A DNA stretch of 55,348 bases from a virus. Taxonomy: Duplodnaviria > Caudoviricetes. The notes beneath the pieces were generated by a model, which ran no database searches, was not told the origin of the DNA, and was given only the letters and a program-made list of their open reading frames with translations. The stretch spans positions 1-55,348 of the IMG/VR virus record IMGVR_UViG_3300010370_000047; one strand, given 5' to 3'. Positions within the stretch are counted from its first letter, which is position 1. Each line of letters opens with the position of its first letter. The translations under genes and the position numbers were made by a program. Positions 17,747 through 27,690 of the stretch are shown piece after piece.

Positions 17747-18226
17747 ATGGCGATTGCGAGTTTTAGAGCTGGTGAAGCCGTCTCGGCTGGTAACGCAATT
17801 TATGTAGGCTCGAACGGACTTATTTATAAAGCGTCCGCTTTTAATGCGACGCAGGCCAGCGTGGCTGGTGTCGCTATTGATAACGGTACTACCGGTGATC
17901 TGATTCGAGTCGATGTTGATGGGCTTTACACTGGTTTAAGTGGTTTGACCGCTGGTGAGTATCAGTATCTTTCCGTTACTACTTCTGGCGCTCTAGTTGA
18001 CTATGCAACTTGGTCTGCTGAATTAGCTACTGTTTCTACTGATGCTTATTTAACTAATGTAGGCCGTGCAACTAGCTCTACGCAACTAGCTGTTGAAATA
18101 GATCCACCAACTTTGGTCGCTAATCCGACATCAGTTCTTTTACTTGAGTCCAGCTCCGGTATAACAATCGATGCTATCCTGTTAGAGGATGGATCAGTTA
18201 TTGATCTAGAAACCGCTTCTGTGTAA
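17747..18226 (+). CDS. Cement/fibre-base-like protein with C-terminal LLE repeats
   Basis: FRAGEAVSAGNAIYV...GLTAGEYQYLS...VGRATSSTQL, with tail LLLE...ILLEDG..IDLE. Confidence 0.55.
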   Translation: MAIASFRAGEAVSAGNAIYVGSNGLIYKASAFNATQASVAGVAIDNGTTGDLIRVDVDGLYTGLSGLTAGEYQYLSVTTSGALVDYATWSAELATVSTDAYLTNVGRATSSTQLAVEIDPPTLVANPTSVLLLESSSGITIDAILLEDGSVIDLETASV

Positions 18227-18231
18227 TCGCA

Positions 18232-18789
18232 ATGGCAAGTCAGAAGATTTCCCAACTGACAGCGATTACAACAGTCGCTAGTGGTGATTATTTTCCTATT
18301 GTACGCGCATCAGGTGTAACTAACCAACGTGTCGAAGTTGGTGTATTGGATGAGCGTTATACTTTGGCGGCAAGCGGCGTAGCCGCTCAGAGCACGGCTA
18401 ATACCGCACTTGCTAGCGGTAATGCTGGTCTTTCAGCAGTCGGATCACGCTACGCCATTTCCGGTGGTCTTATTGATGGCCAGGTGCGTAGTGTAATTAC
18501 TACACTCGGTCTAAACGGTAGCGGTATCCCTTGCACATCAGGTAACTACTTCACCGCGATTCTTAGTGGTAATTCCTCCGTTTATTTCACTGGAGTTCCT
18601 GCGGCTTCTTATAGCTTGGCTTACGAAGTTCGCCATGATACAGGAACTATAACTTGGCCTACATCTGTTACCTGGCCTAGCGCTACTGCACCGACGTTAA
18701 CTACAGGGAAAACACATCTATTTATGTTCGTCACAGACGACAGCGGTACAACTTGGCGAGCTTCTTCTTTGATTAATTATACGACTTGA
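18232..18789 (+). CDS. Tail fibre protein (KISQL N-terminus)
   Basis: MASQKISQLTA N-terminus, ALASGNA repeat, and a C-terminal GNYF...ITWPTSVTWP..APTLT.GKTHLF.F.T.D.GTTW fibre domain. Confidence 0.7.
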   Translation: MASQKISQLTAITTVASGDYFPIVRASGVTNQRVEVGVLDERYTLAASGVAAQSTANTALASGNAGLSAVGSRYAISGGLIDGQVRSVITTLGLNGSGIPCTSGNYFTAILSGNSSVYFTGVPAASYSLAYEVRHDTGTITWPTSVTWPSATAPTLTTGKTHLFMFVTDDSGTTWRASSLINYTT

Positions 18790-18794
18790 TATAA

Positions 18795-20765
18795 ATGGAT
18801 TCTACTACTCTCAGGCTTATGCAGGGTGCCGCTGGTGCAGCAAGTGCTGGCACTTACGTCGAAGATGTCTTCAGCACCTGGCTCTATACCGGCAACGGCA
18901 GCACGCAGACAATCACGAATGGGATTGATCTGGTCGGGAAGGGGGGATTGGTTTGGATTAAAAGCAGAAATATTGCTGGGTCTGCTCAGGTTAATTCGCA
19001 GATCCCGCAATACAATCATTTTCTTTTCGATACTTTAAGAACCAATCAAAACGCCTTAAACACAGCTTCTAATTTTGGCCAAGATTCTACCTGGGGCGCT
19101 CTGTACTTAAATTTTTTATCCACTGGTTTTAATGTCGGAAACGCATCAAACATTTATACCAATGAATCCGCTACTACATACGCCTCCTGGACTTTCCGCG
19201 AGGCGGAGAAGTTCTTTGATGTCTGCACGTGGACCGGTTCGGGCGCGAACCGCACCATCAGCCACAACCTAGGCAGCGTGCCCGGCTGCATCATTGTCAA
19301 GCGCACGGATACCACTGGTGACTGGCAGGTTTACCACCGCAGCCTCGCCAACACCGAATACATGGTGCTGAACAGCACCGCTGCTAAAGCAACAGGCGCC
19401 ACCCGCTGGAATAGCACCACACCGACCAGCACGGTCTTCAGTCTTGGCACTGATGCCACTGTGAACGCCTCCGGCGGCACCTACGTCGCCTACCTGTTCG
19501 CGCACGACGCTGGCGGGTTTGGCGATAGTGGCAATGACAGTGTGGTGAGTTGCGGGACTTTTACGACAGACGGAAGTGGCACTGCCACAGTCACGCTGGG
19601 CTGGGAACCGCAGTGGTTGCTAATAAAAAGTCCTAGTATCGCAGGGAATTGGTTATTAATAGATAACATGCGCGGATGGAGTGCCGGTAACGACGCATTT
19701 TCGTTTGCAAATACTTCCGGCGCTGAAGCAACAGGAAGCGATTTTGGTGAATGCAACTCTACGGGGTTTAGCATGAAAAGTATTGGGGCTAACCTCAGTG
19801 TGGTCTACATCGCCATCCGCCGTGGGCCGATGAAGACGCCCACCGATGCCACGAAGGTGTTTGGCTTAAACGCACGAACTGGAACAGGAGCAGACGCAAC
19901 AGTTACTGGCGGTCAACTTGCGGATTCGGTACTAATTAAAAACCGTGGCGCAGCAGTGGGCGATTTATTTGCTGCAAGACTAACTGGCACGGGTTACCTA
20001 GAAACCTCATCCACTGCGACAGAAGTGGCAGCTGGGACCACAATTTTGCAGGCTAATCCGTGGGATGTGATGGATGGCGTGAAAGTTGGAACAACGTCAA
20101 CCATTACCAACGCCTCTGCCAATACGTTTATCAATTATTTGTTCCGCCGTGCTCCCGGCTTCCTCGATGTGGTCGCTTATACGGGGAACGGCATTTCTGG
20201 AAGTACTGTTACGCATAATTTAGGCGTCCCTCCTGGCTTTATTTTTGCAAAAGGCAGAGACGCAGGATTTAACTGGATTGTCTACAATGAAAGCCTAGGT
20301 GGGACGACGGCTCTAAATCTCGATACCACTGATGCGGGTCTAGTAAGCAGTACATATTGGGGCAACACAAATCCCACATCCTCTGTTTTTACAGTTGGTA
20401 CCCTTACAACAAACAACTCGGGCTCAAAATACATCGCCTATCTCTTCGCCTCCTGTCCCGGCGTGAGCAAAGTCGGAAACTACATCGGCACTGGCACCAC
20501 GCTTAACATTAACTGCGGCTTCACAGCAGGCGCACGGTTCGTGTTGATTAAACGCACGGATTCCACAGGTGACTGGTACGTCTGGGACACCGCACGAGGC
20601 ATTGTTAGCGGTAACGACCCCTATTTGCTACTCAACTCCAGCGCTGCCGAAGTCACCAATACCGACTACATCGACCCGCTGAGTTCTGGCTTCCAGATCA
20701 GCTCCACTGCCCCTGCCGCCATCAATGCAAACGGCGGGAGCTTCATTTATCTCGCTATTGCCTGA
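18795..20765 (+). CDS. Repeat-built tail fibre / receptor-binding protein
   Basis: Repeated (Y/W)TG.G...I.H.LG..P...I.K.R....W units. GC content and codon usage differ from the flanking genes. Confidence 0.65.
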   Translation: MDSTTLRLMQGAAGAASAGTYVEDVFSTWLYTGNGSTQTITNGIDLVGKGGLVWIKSRNIAGSAQVNSQIPQYNHFLFDTLRTNQNALNTASNFGQDSTWGALYLNFLSTGFNVGNASNIYTNESATTYASWTFREAEKFFDVCTWTGSGANRTISHNLGSVPGCIIVKRTDTTGDWQVYHRSLANTEYMVLNSTAAKATGATRWNSTTPTSTVFSLGTDATVNASGGTYVAYLFAHDAGGFGDSGNDSVVSCGTFTTDGSGTATVTLGWEPQWLLIKSPSIAGNWLLIDNMRGWSAGNDAFSFANTSGAEATGSDFGECNSTGFSMKSIGANLSVVYIAIRRGPMKTPTDATKVFGLNARTGTGADATVTGGQLADSVLIKNRGAAVGDLFAARLTGTGYLETSSTATEVAAGTTILQANPWDVMDGVKVGTTSTITNASANTFINYLFRRAPGFLDVVAYTGNGISGSTVTHNLGVPPGFIFAKGRDAGFNWIVYNESLGGTTALNLDTTDAGLVSSTYWGNTNPTSSVFTVGTLTTNNSGSKYIAYLFASCPGVSKVGNYIGTGTTLNINCGFTAGARFVLIKRTDSTGDWYVWDTARGIVSGNDPYLLLNSSAAEVTNTDYIDPLSSGFQISSTAPAAINANGGSFIYLAIA

Positions 20766-20770
20766 TCACC

Positions 20771-21280
20771 ATGGAACTCCGCAACCGCACAACCGGCGCC
20801 GTCATCACTGAAGACGAGTTTCGCCGCTCTAACCCCAACACCAGCTTCCCACCGCAGCTGACCGCCGAGATCATCGACGATTTCGGCTACGACCCCGTGC
20901 TGGAAGGCCCCCAAGCCACCACCATTCCCCCCTACCAGTACAGCCAGCGTGACGGCGTGGTTGAGGTGGACGGCCAGTGGTTCACGCACTACATCGCTGG
21001 TCCTGTCTTCCAGGACTACACCGACGACGAAGGCGTGGTACACACCGCTGCTGAGCAGTATGAGGCGTACTGTTTCGCCAAGGATGCTGAGCAGGGCAAG
21101 GCTGTCCGCGAGGATCGCAACCGCCGTTTAGCTGAATGCGACTGGACCCAGCTTGCTGACAGTCCCCTCGATCCTGATGGCAAAGGTGCCTGGGCGCTCT
21201 ACCGCGAAACCCTTCGCATGGTGCCGCAACAGGCTGGCTTCCCCTGGAACGTGCAGTGGCCCCCTAAGCCCGGAAGCTGA
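20771..21280 (+). CDS. Tail fibre assembly chaperone
   Basis: VREDRNRRLAECDWTQLADSPL...WALYRETLRMVPQQAGFPWNVQWP is the classic phage tail assembly chaperone C-terminus. Confidence 0.85.
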   Translation: MELRNRTTGAVITEDEFRRSNPNTSFPPQLTAEIIDDFGYDPVLEGPQATTIPPYQYSQRDGVVEVDGQWFTHYIAGPVFQDYTDDEGVVHTAAEQYEAYCFAKDAEQGKAVREDRNRRLAECDWTQLADSPLDPDGKGAWALYRETLRMVPQQAGFPWNVQWPPKPGS

Positions 21281-21369
21281 TGCTATCTATTTTTGCCCTT
21301 GGGTCTTTAGGTTTCCTGTTGCTAATGGGGTATAGCCTTATGGCAATTAATCCCCGCGATGACGACTGA
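21280..21369 (+). CDS. Small membrane peptide (29 aa), not in the ORF track
   Basis: TGATG coupling; MLSIFALGSLGFLLLMGYSLMAINPRDDD*. Confidence 0.45.
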   Translation: MLSIFALGSLGFLLLMGYSLMAINPRDDD

Positions 21370-21419
21370 TTTTTTTGAGTCGTTTATAATTTAGGTAATA
21401 GAAGTCTGGGTTTTAAATA

Positions 21420-21923
21420 GTGACGGAACGCGCCATTTTTAACCGAAAGTATACGGACTTCACACCCGGCGGCACACAGGTGTGGCTCATTAACGGGGCG
21501 GGTGTAACCACTAATGCCGTGTCGACTCAGACCTTTACGGCTGGTTCAAATTTAATCCAGGGACAGGTCGTATATGTTAGTGGTGTCTATGCGTTACCTG
21601 CAACAGCTGCTAGTGGCGTAGACCCCGCGTGGTATCAAGCTATCGGTATTACAGCGGCGAGCGCTGGGGTGTCGAGTGGCGTCACAGTTAATCTTGACGA
21701 TATAGCTGTTGTTAGCGCTGACAATATTACCGCTGAGTCCTCTTTAACTCCTGGACAATATTATTATTTATCGAAGTACACCGGACAGTTAGTTAAATAT
21801 TTGACTGCCTCTGGTACCGTCACTGCGTCCGGAGGTTATGCTGCTCTCGTGCTTGTCGGTAAGGCATTAAGTTCTTCCGAGATACACGTAGAGATTGAGC
21901 CTCCTGTTACACTCACCACCTGA
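21420..21923 (+). CDS. Cement/fibre-base-like protein (paralogous to 17747)
   Basis: FTAGSNLIQGQVVYV...LTPGQYYYLS...VGKALSSSEIHVEIEPP. Confidence 0.55.
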   Translation: MTERAIFNRKYTDFTPGGTQVWLINGAGVTTNAVSTQTFTAGSNLIQGQVVYVSGVYALPATAASGVDPAWYQAIGITAASAGVSSGVTVNLDDIAVVSADNITAESSLTPGQYYYLSKYTGQLVKYLTASGTVTASGGYAALVLVGKALSSSEIHVEIEPPVTLTT

Positions 21924-21941
21924 ATTTTACCGGACTGATAT

Positions 21942-23813
21942 ATGACCACTTACCGTCCTCTTGTTATTGTTAGCGGGCTCGTCTCCGCATTACCTGCAGG
22001 CGATTCGTTTTCTGCTGGTTCTGCATCCTCTTCGCAGCTTATCGGCACAAGCGGCCTTGTGGGCAGTGGGTCAGTTAATGGTGCTGTTCGTTTAGACGTA
22101 CAACCCGCTGTTGCTTCCAGCGGAGTTATTTTTACAGATTCGGCTTTAGGTTGTGACGGCGCTGCTTTTGCAACCGCAACAACCGCTCAGGCGTCAGGTA
22201 CTGCAGCTCTTAGTTTAAGTAGTACTGCTCAAGCCAGCGGTAATGCCGCTATTTCGCTGGCTCTTACTGCACAAGCTTCGGGTAATGCCGCTTTAGCCGG
22301 AGCCGCCGGGACATCTACTAATGGACCCACGGCAACCTTTACAGCTGGAGTCACATTTAGTGCAGGCGTTGTTCCGGCTGGGTTAAATAATGCGAATCTT
22401 ATTGAGCCTATAAGAGTTGCCACAACTCCCACTGTATCTCAATCTGTCACTACCTTCCCTAGTGGGAATACCCCGATGGGATCAACCTGTACTTATCATT
22501 CTGCTCAAAACAGAACTGTTAATGTCTTTGCTTTTCCAGGCACTTATTATCCCGCAGCTAACGTATGCCAAGTCGTCTCGGGATCTGGGACCTGGACTAC
22601 TCCCGTTATTCTTGAATCTGTTGGTGTAGGCACCGCTCAAGTAGTTTCCACTTATGAACCTACAAGTCAACGCATATTAGTTACCTATGCCTCCGGTGGC
22701 ACTAGTCTTAGGGGCATAGTATTATCTTTAACTGGTTCTACTATAACCGCATTTTCACAGGGTGCATTTCTTAGTGGTGCTTATATCTACTATGTGGATC
22801 AGGCAAGTAATTCCGCTGGCTCTAATATTGTATTAGCTTATACAGATAATACTACTCTTTCAGCCCGTATTGTTACCATAAGTGGCAACACCGCTACTTA
22901 TGGTACAGCTGTTGTAGTACGCAGTTCAAATAATCCATATCCTGTTAGATTAGCTGTTTTAACATCTACTAAATTCTTTATAATGTATTCTACAACCGTT
23001 GGCATTTTGGCTAACGTTTGCACAACCGCAGGCACTACTATAACAGTAAATAGTACTTATACACTTTTTTCTTATCCCGCTCAAGGACCTGACTATTTCG
23101 GTTTAGCTTATCATGTATCCGGTGACTATTTACTAGCAGCTTTTTACATTAATACGGATACGTATCCAGTTCCTTTTGAGTATAACTGTTTGTATATTAC
23201 TGTTAGTGGCACTGTTATTTCCGTTGTTAACTATACAAATCTTGGATCGTATGGAAATTTTTCTAGTTTTGCTTATCTAACGTATTCGTCTAATTTAAAC
23301 CGCATACTTCTTATAGACTGTTACTATAATCGTGTTGCACAATTTTATTTATATGGAACTGTTCCTTATTTAAGCAATGTGCAGGGCGGCGCCGGGTATA
23401 CTTACAGGTGTATTCAACCTGCCTATGACTCTACTTCTAATACCTACATTACTGCTGGGGATAATCTTACTTCTACTAATACTGGTAATGGCATCGTTAC
23501 TTCAATCAGTGGAAATTATTCCATTTTACCGACCAGAAACGGTTTTAATAACTTTATAGGTTTAGTCAATACTGCGGCTGGTGTTCCTAGTGGAACTTCT
23601 ACAACAGTAACGCTGCCGGGGGGCTACGTAAGACGAAACGCTACCACATTCAGTTCTAACCAAAAAATATATTTGGGTGACGCCTCTGTACAGTATTCTG
23701 ACACTTACAACTTATTACCTAATAATTTGCCGGGTTGGAACTCAGATCTTCCCTGGACCAACATCGGCTATTCAGCTACTGCGAGCGGTATTCTGGTTCT
23801 AAAATCTATCTAA
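21942..23813 (+). CDS. Fibre/spike scaffold with large passenger insert, paralog 1
   Basis: YRPLVIVSG..SALPAGD N-terminus, AQASG(N/T)AA repeats, and a split cement-like domain around a ~370-aa Y/S/T-rich insert. Confidence 0.65.
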   Translation: MTTYRPLVIVSGLVSALPAGDSFSAGSASSSQLIGTSGLVGSGSVNGAVRLDVQPAVASSGVIFTDSALGCDGAAFATATTAQASGTAALSLSSTAQASGNAAISLALTAQASGNAALAGAAGTSTNGPTATFTAGVTFSAGVVPAGLNNANLIEPIRVATTPTVSQSVTTFPSGNTPMGSTCTYHSAQNRTVNVFAFPGTYYPAANVCQVVSGSGTWTTPVILESVGVGTAQVVSTYEPTSQRILVTYASGGTSLRGIVLSLTGSTITAFSQGAFLSGAYIYYVDQASNSAGSNIVLAYTDNTTLSARIVTISGNTATYGTAVVVRSSNNPYPVRLAVLTSTKFFIMYSTTVGILANVCTTAGTTITVNSTYTLFSYPAQGPDYFGLAYHVSGDYLLAAFYINTDTYPVPFEYNCLYITVSGTVISVVNYTNLGSYGNFSSFAYLTYSSNLNRILLIDCYYNRVAQFYLYGTVPYLSNVQGGAGYTYRCIQPAYDSTSNTYITAGDNLTSTNTGNGIVTSISGNYSILPTRNGFNNFIGLVNTAAGVPSGTSTTVTLPGGYVRRNATTFSSNQKIYLGDASVQYSDTYNLLPNNLPGWNSDLPWTNIGYSATASGILVLKSI

Positions 23814-23843
23814 AGGAAGTATTTCTGATTTAAATTTTTAATT

Positions 23844-25709
23844 ATGGCTAGTCGCATCCCTGTTGTTACCATTAGTGGGCAAATCTCACAGTTGCCTCCT
23901 GGGGATTCCGTTTCAGGAGCTTCCTTTGGATCTTTTGTAGCTGGTAGCGGATTAGCAGGCTCTGCGGCTTTTGGTTCCAATTTAACTCCTTCTATATCAC
24001 TCAGTTCTAATCCGAGTGGATTATTCATTAGTTCAGGTAGCCTCGCCAATAACGGATCTGATTTAGTCGCAGCTTCCTCCGCCCTTGCCAGTGGCGTTGC
24101 TGCTAATTCGGCTGCCACTGTCGCACTTGCCAGTGGGAATGCCGCTTTCCCCATCGCAAACTCCGCTTTAGCCAGCGGTAATGCGGCGTTATCCACTATC
24201 GCTTCCGCGCCTGCTGGAGTATTTCAAGCATACACAGCATCGTCTACTGTTATATCCGGATCTCCCGTTGGCGTGGACAACTCAAATCGAATTCAAACGA
24301 TCCGTACTGTTCCAACAGATTTTCCAACATTTTCTTCTCAAGGTACTCTTACCACCGGGGGCGGGAATTCTAACAATAATAACACTGCTTACGATTCTAC
24401 AAATAACCAAACTATATTAGTTTATCAAAATTCTTCTGGTTATCCAACGGCTGTTGCTTACACAGTAACAGGGACAACTGCAACAGCGGGTACACCCGTT
24501 GTTATGGAGTCTTTTTCTGGTTTTCCTAGTATTGTTTCTATAAATAGTACACAGTCTGTCGTAGTTTACACTCGATCGGCAGGTAGTGCAGGTACTATTA
24601 GAGCCGCTGTTCTTACATCGTCAGCTGGTAGAACTGTTTCTTTTGGGGTTGTTGGTACTGCGGCGACAAATGTGTACAGTTATGCCGGGTATAACCTTAC
24701 TCCTATTGGCTACGATGTTTCTACATCTAGAGTAGTTGTAGCCTATCTTCGTAGTACTACTATTGATTTATTTGGAATTGTAGGTAGTATTTCCGGTACA
24801 ACTATAACATGGGGCACTCCTACTGCAATTGACGCTAATAATAATAATTACAGTACATACGCATCCTTTGTCTATTTTTCTTCCCAGAGTAAATTATTAA
24901 TTGTATATTATGACAGTGCTGTTACTGGCACTGGGCTTGTACGATACCTTACAATTTCGGGTTTAACTCTTACGCCATCTACTGCTTCTACGTTTTATTC
25001 AGGTACATCTTATTTTATATCTACTGCTTATTCTACTGTCGCAAACAAGTGTGCCATCTTCTTTGAGAGCTACGCTAATGGAGTTTCTGCCGTTGTCTTA
25101 GATTTCAATGGGTCCACTTTTAGTGCAGGCTCCCGCACTGTATCTCCATCTTTATATAACGCTGATTATTATTACTATATGAGTTCTGCCTATTATTCTT
25201 CTTCGGATAAGTTTATTGTTACTGCTGGTTATACTAATTCTGGCGCTGTTGTTTGTAGCATCGTAGGCACCTCCATCATCTTCGGTCCGTTTCGTGCCTT
25301 TCCCGACTATTACAACACCGCTAATTATACATCAGTATCTTTATTTTCAAGTTTAGGGGTATTTGTCGTTGTAAGATTGATCGCGAGCGGTGCAATAGCT
25401 TATTACGTTGTAACGTCTTTATCATCTAATTTGCTACAACCCACTAAAAATGGCTACCCTAATTATATTGGGGTCGCTCAAAGCACCGTTGCTAGTGGAT
25501 CTTCTATTAATGTTAGGTTGCCTGGGTCTGTCGACAAGAATCAAACCGGATTAACTACTGGTTCTTTCTATTATTTAAATCCCACGACTAGCGGCATAAC
25601 GACAGCCTCTGGCCAGCCCGCAACCTGGAGTGGGAGTTACCCCGAGAGCTGGCAACCAGTAGGAAAGGCTATAAACTCTTCGAGTTTGATTTTAACTGGT
25701 ATACTTTAA
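23844..25709 (+). CDS. Fibre/spike scaffold with large passenger insert, paralog 2
   Basis: IPVVTISGQISQLPPGD, ALASG repeats, and an insert with AYDST...GTP.V repeats (propeller-like). Confidence 0.65.
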   Translation: MASRIPVVTISGQISQLPPGDSVSGASFGSFVAGSGLAGSAAFGSNLTPSISLSSNPSGLFISSGSLANNGSDLVAASSALASGVAANSAATVALASGNAAFPIANSALASGNAALSTIASAPAGVFQAYTASSTVISGSPVGVDNSNRIQTIRTVPTDFPTFSSQGTLTTGGGNSNNNNTAYDSTNNQTILVYQNSSGYPTAVAYTVTGTTATAGTPVVMESFSGFPSIVSINSTQSVVVYTRSAGSAGTIRAAVLTSSAGRTVSFGVVGTAATNVYSYAGYNLTPIGYDVSTSRVVVAYLRSTTIDLFGIVGSISGTTITWGTPTAIDANNNNYSTYASFVYFSSQSKLLIVYYDSAVTGTGLVRYLTISGLTLTPSTASTFYSGTSYFISTAYSTVANKCAIFFESYANGVSAVVLDFNGSTFSAGSRTVSPSLYNADYYYYMSSAYYSSSDKFIVTAGYTNSGAVVCSIVGTSIIFGPFRAFPDYYNTANYTSVSLFSSLGVFVVVRLIASGAIAYYVVTSLSSNLLQPTKNGYPNYIGVAQSTVASGSSINVRLPGSVDKNQTGLTTGSFYYLNPTTSGITTASGQPATWSGSYPESWQPVGKAINSSSLILTGIL

Positions 25710-25739
25710 TAGCGTGTCGTTTAAGTTCTCACGCAATCT

Positions 25740-26018
25740 ATGAAAACAATTTGTCGGCTTCCGGATTTTGAAGTTCCTAACGTCAGTCTGTATCTTTATT
25801 CGGACGACACCCCCATCTCTGTGGAAAGCGATCGAACCATCATCGGGGATCCCGCTAACCCCAGTTTATATATCTTAGATTGCAAGACATCTAACTGTGT
25901 TCTTCACGAAGATGTTTCGGAACCCTCGGATTGGTACGGGTGGAAGTACACGTACACGGATGAGGACGGCTGGGAATTAAACCCTCAATGGGAACCTCCT
26001 ATCCCTCCTCGTCAGTAA
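25740..26018 (+). CDS. Small acidic fibre-associated protein (chaperone candidate)
   Basis: 92 aa, PSDWYGWKYTY...WELNPQW, lying between fibre genes. Confidence 0.55.
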   Translation: MKTICRLPDFEVPNVSLYLYSDDTPISVESDRTIIGDPANPSLYILDCKTSNCVLHEDVSEPSDWYGWKYTYTDEDGWELNPQWEPPIPPRQ

Positions 26019-26051
26019 TCAGATAAACTAAAGGAATAACGGGCGGTTAAT

Positions 26052-26795
26052 GTGACTGAATACTCTCCTCTTGTCTTAATAAGCGGGGCGTATAGTCAAC
26101 TTCCGCCCGGTGATTTCATTGAGGGAGTGAGTCCGGGGACCGTTACCCCCGTAAGTGGTTTAGGCGGCGGTGGAGACCTAAACGCTGGGAATGTTTCCGT
26201 TTTTATTCAATTAAGTGCTAACCCTAGTGGACTCATCTTCGCCAACAACCGGTTAGGTTTTGATGGTGTTTCGCTTGTTAATTCTGCCGCAGCTTCGGCT
26301 TCTGGGAACGTAGCCCTTAGTACCGCCAGTCGAGCTTTGGCAAGCGGTAATTCCGCTCTGTCTCTTGCTTCTACAGCTCTAGCGAGCGGGAATGCGGCTC
26401 TCTCAGCTGCGGCAGCCGCAGGTACGGGCGCTGCCAATAGCGCTACTTTTACAGCAAGTGGTCCCCTTCTTTCTGGTACTCCAGTCGGCTTTGACAATCG
26501 CGGCTTTGTACAGGCGGTCTTTGGAAGCTCTCCGACTAATAACGGATTCAATAATTTTTTAGGAGTAGCTCGTTCTGCAGCAGCTAGCGGCGGAACCGTT
26601 ACTGTCGATTTTGCCGATACTGTCGTTACTAATCAAACAGGGTTAACCACTGGATCTACTTATTACGTAAATCCCACCACGAGCGGCTTTACTACAGCTT
26701 CTGGTCGACCTGCTTCCTGGACCGGCGCTATCCCGTGGGCACCAGTAGGTCGGGCTGTGTCTACTTCGGGGCTACTTCTTTTCAATATTATTTAA
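26052..26795 (+). CDS. Fibre/spike scaffold without passenger, paralog 3
   Basis: YSPLVLISGAYSQLPPGD, ALASGN repeats and a contiguous cement-like domain. NQTGLTTGS.YY.NPTTSG.TTASG.PA.W is shared with paralog 2. Confidence 0.65.
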   Translation: MTEYSPLVLISGAYSQLPPGDFIEGVSPGTVTPVSGLGGGGDLNAGNVSVFIQLSANPSGLIFANNRLGFDGVSLVNSAAASASGNVALSTASRALASGNSALSLASTALASGNAALSAAAAAGTGAANSATFTASGPLLSGTPVGFDNRGFVQAVFGSSPTNNGFNNFLGVARSAAASGGTVTVDFADTVVTNQTGLTTGSTYYVNPTTSGFTTASGRPASWTGAIPWAPVGRAVSTSGLLLFNII

Positions 26796-26882
26796 ATCCC
26801 TAACTTATCGTTATATTCTTTTACACGTAAAGAGTAACTTTAATCCTGTTACTTCTTTCCGCATTACAATTAAAAAGTTTGA

Positions 26883-27251
26883 ATGCTATCGATGAGCAAC
26901 GGTAAGCACTGCATTTTGGAGCTATATCGCGCTAGTGCTGCCAAACTAAATGATGAGGCGCTGATCCGGAATATCCTTGAGGAGGCTGCTCGGGTTTCAA
27001 ACGCCACTCTGTTAGATATAAAAACGCATCCATTTATCCCTCAAGGTGTAACGGGATTTGCCCTTCTAGCTGAGTCTCATATATCAATTCATACTTGGCC
27101 TGAGAACGGTTACGCGGCGGTAGACGTTTTTACCTGCGGTGAGAAGACTGATCCAGAAATTGCCTGTAAGTTTTTAGCAGAAACTTTTGAGGCTAAATCG
27201 CATCACATCATTACTCTTGACCGTTATTTACCCGACCTTATTACTGCCTGA
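26883..27251 (+). CDS. speD: S-adenosylmethionine decarboxylase proenzyme
   Basis: F.PQGVTGFALLAESHISIHTWPE.GYAAVDVFTCG with an intact E/SH self-cleavage site. Confidence 0.95.
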   Translation: MLSMSNGKHCILELYRASAAKLNDEALIRNILEEAARVSNATLLDIKTHPFIPQGVTGFALLAESHISIHTWPENGYAAVDVFTCGEKTDPEIACKFLAETFEAKSHHIITLDRYLPDLITA

Positions 27252-27294
27252 CATCATTTCCCACCTAAAATAGTAGTCAGGCGCACACTTCTGA

Positions 27295-27690
27295 GTGAGC
27301 GAACAAGATCTACTGTTCGAACTCAAGTGTTTACAAAGAAGTTCTGCCCGTAAACGATTCAGAAAAGATATTTTTGAAGCGTGGGGACACTGCGCTTACT
27401 GCGGTTCCGATAGAGCTACCACGTTAGATCATGTTGTACCGCGAGCTAAGGGCGGATCTACTTGCCGTAGTAATCTAGTAGCTTCCTGTGCTACCTGTAA
27501 TTTACAAAAGTCAGACTCTATCTGGTTTACTTGGTTTAGGGCACAGGAATTCTGGTTACCAGAGCGCGAAGATCGCTTACTCGAATGGGTCAATCAAGAT
27601 CATATGAAAGTGGAGTCTGCTAGAGAGTACACACAGCTCTGTCAGACTCCACTAATTAGTCCAGCTTTTACTGCTTCGCCAGACGGGTGA
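27295..27690 (+). CDS. HNH endonuclease
   Basis: CAYCG...TLDHVVPRAKGG...NLVASCATCNLQKS. Confidence 0.9.
   Translation: MSEQDLLFELKCLQRSSARKRFRKDIFEAWGHCAYCGSDRATTLDHVVPRAKGGSTCRSNLVASCATCNLQKSDSIWFTWFRAQEFWLPEREDRLLEWVNQDHMKVESAREYTQLCQTPLISPAFTASPDG

Noticed and set aside
21340-21354. 15-nt exact match (ATGGCAATTAATCCC) to the start of gene 1246
   Set aside because: About one 15-mer match is expected by chance in 55 kb, and there is no flanking similarity.
21942-26795. Diversity-generating retroelement acting on fibre genes
   Set aside because: No reverse transcriptase, and paralog differences are synonymous at all bases rather than adenine-specific.
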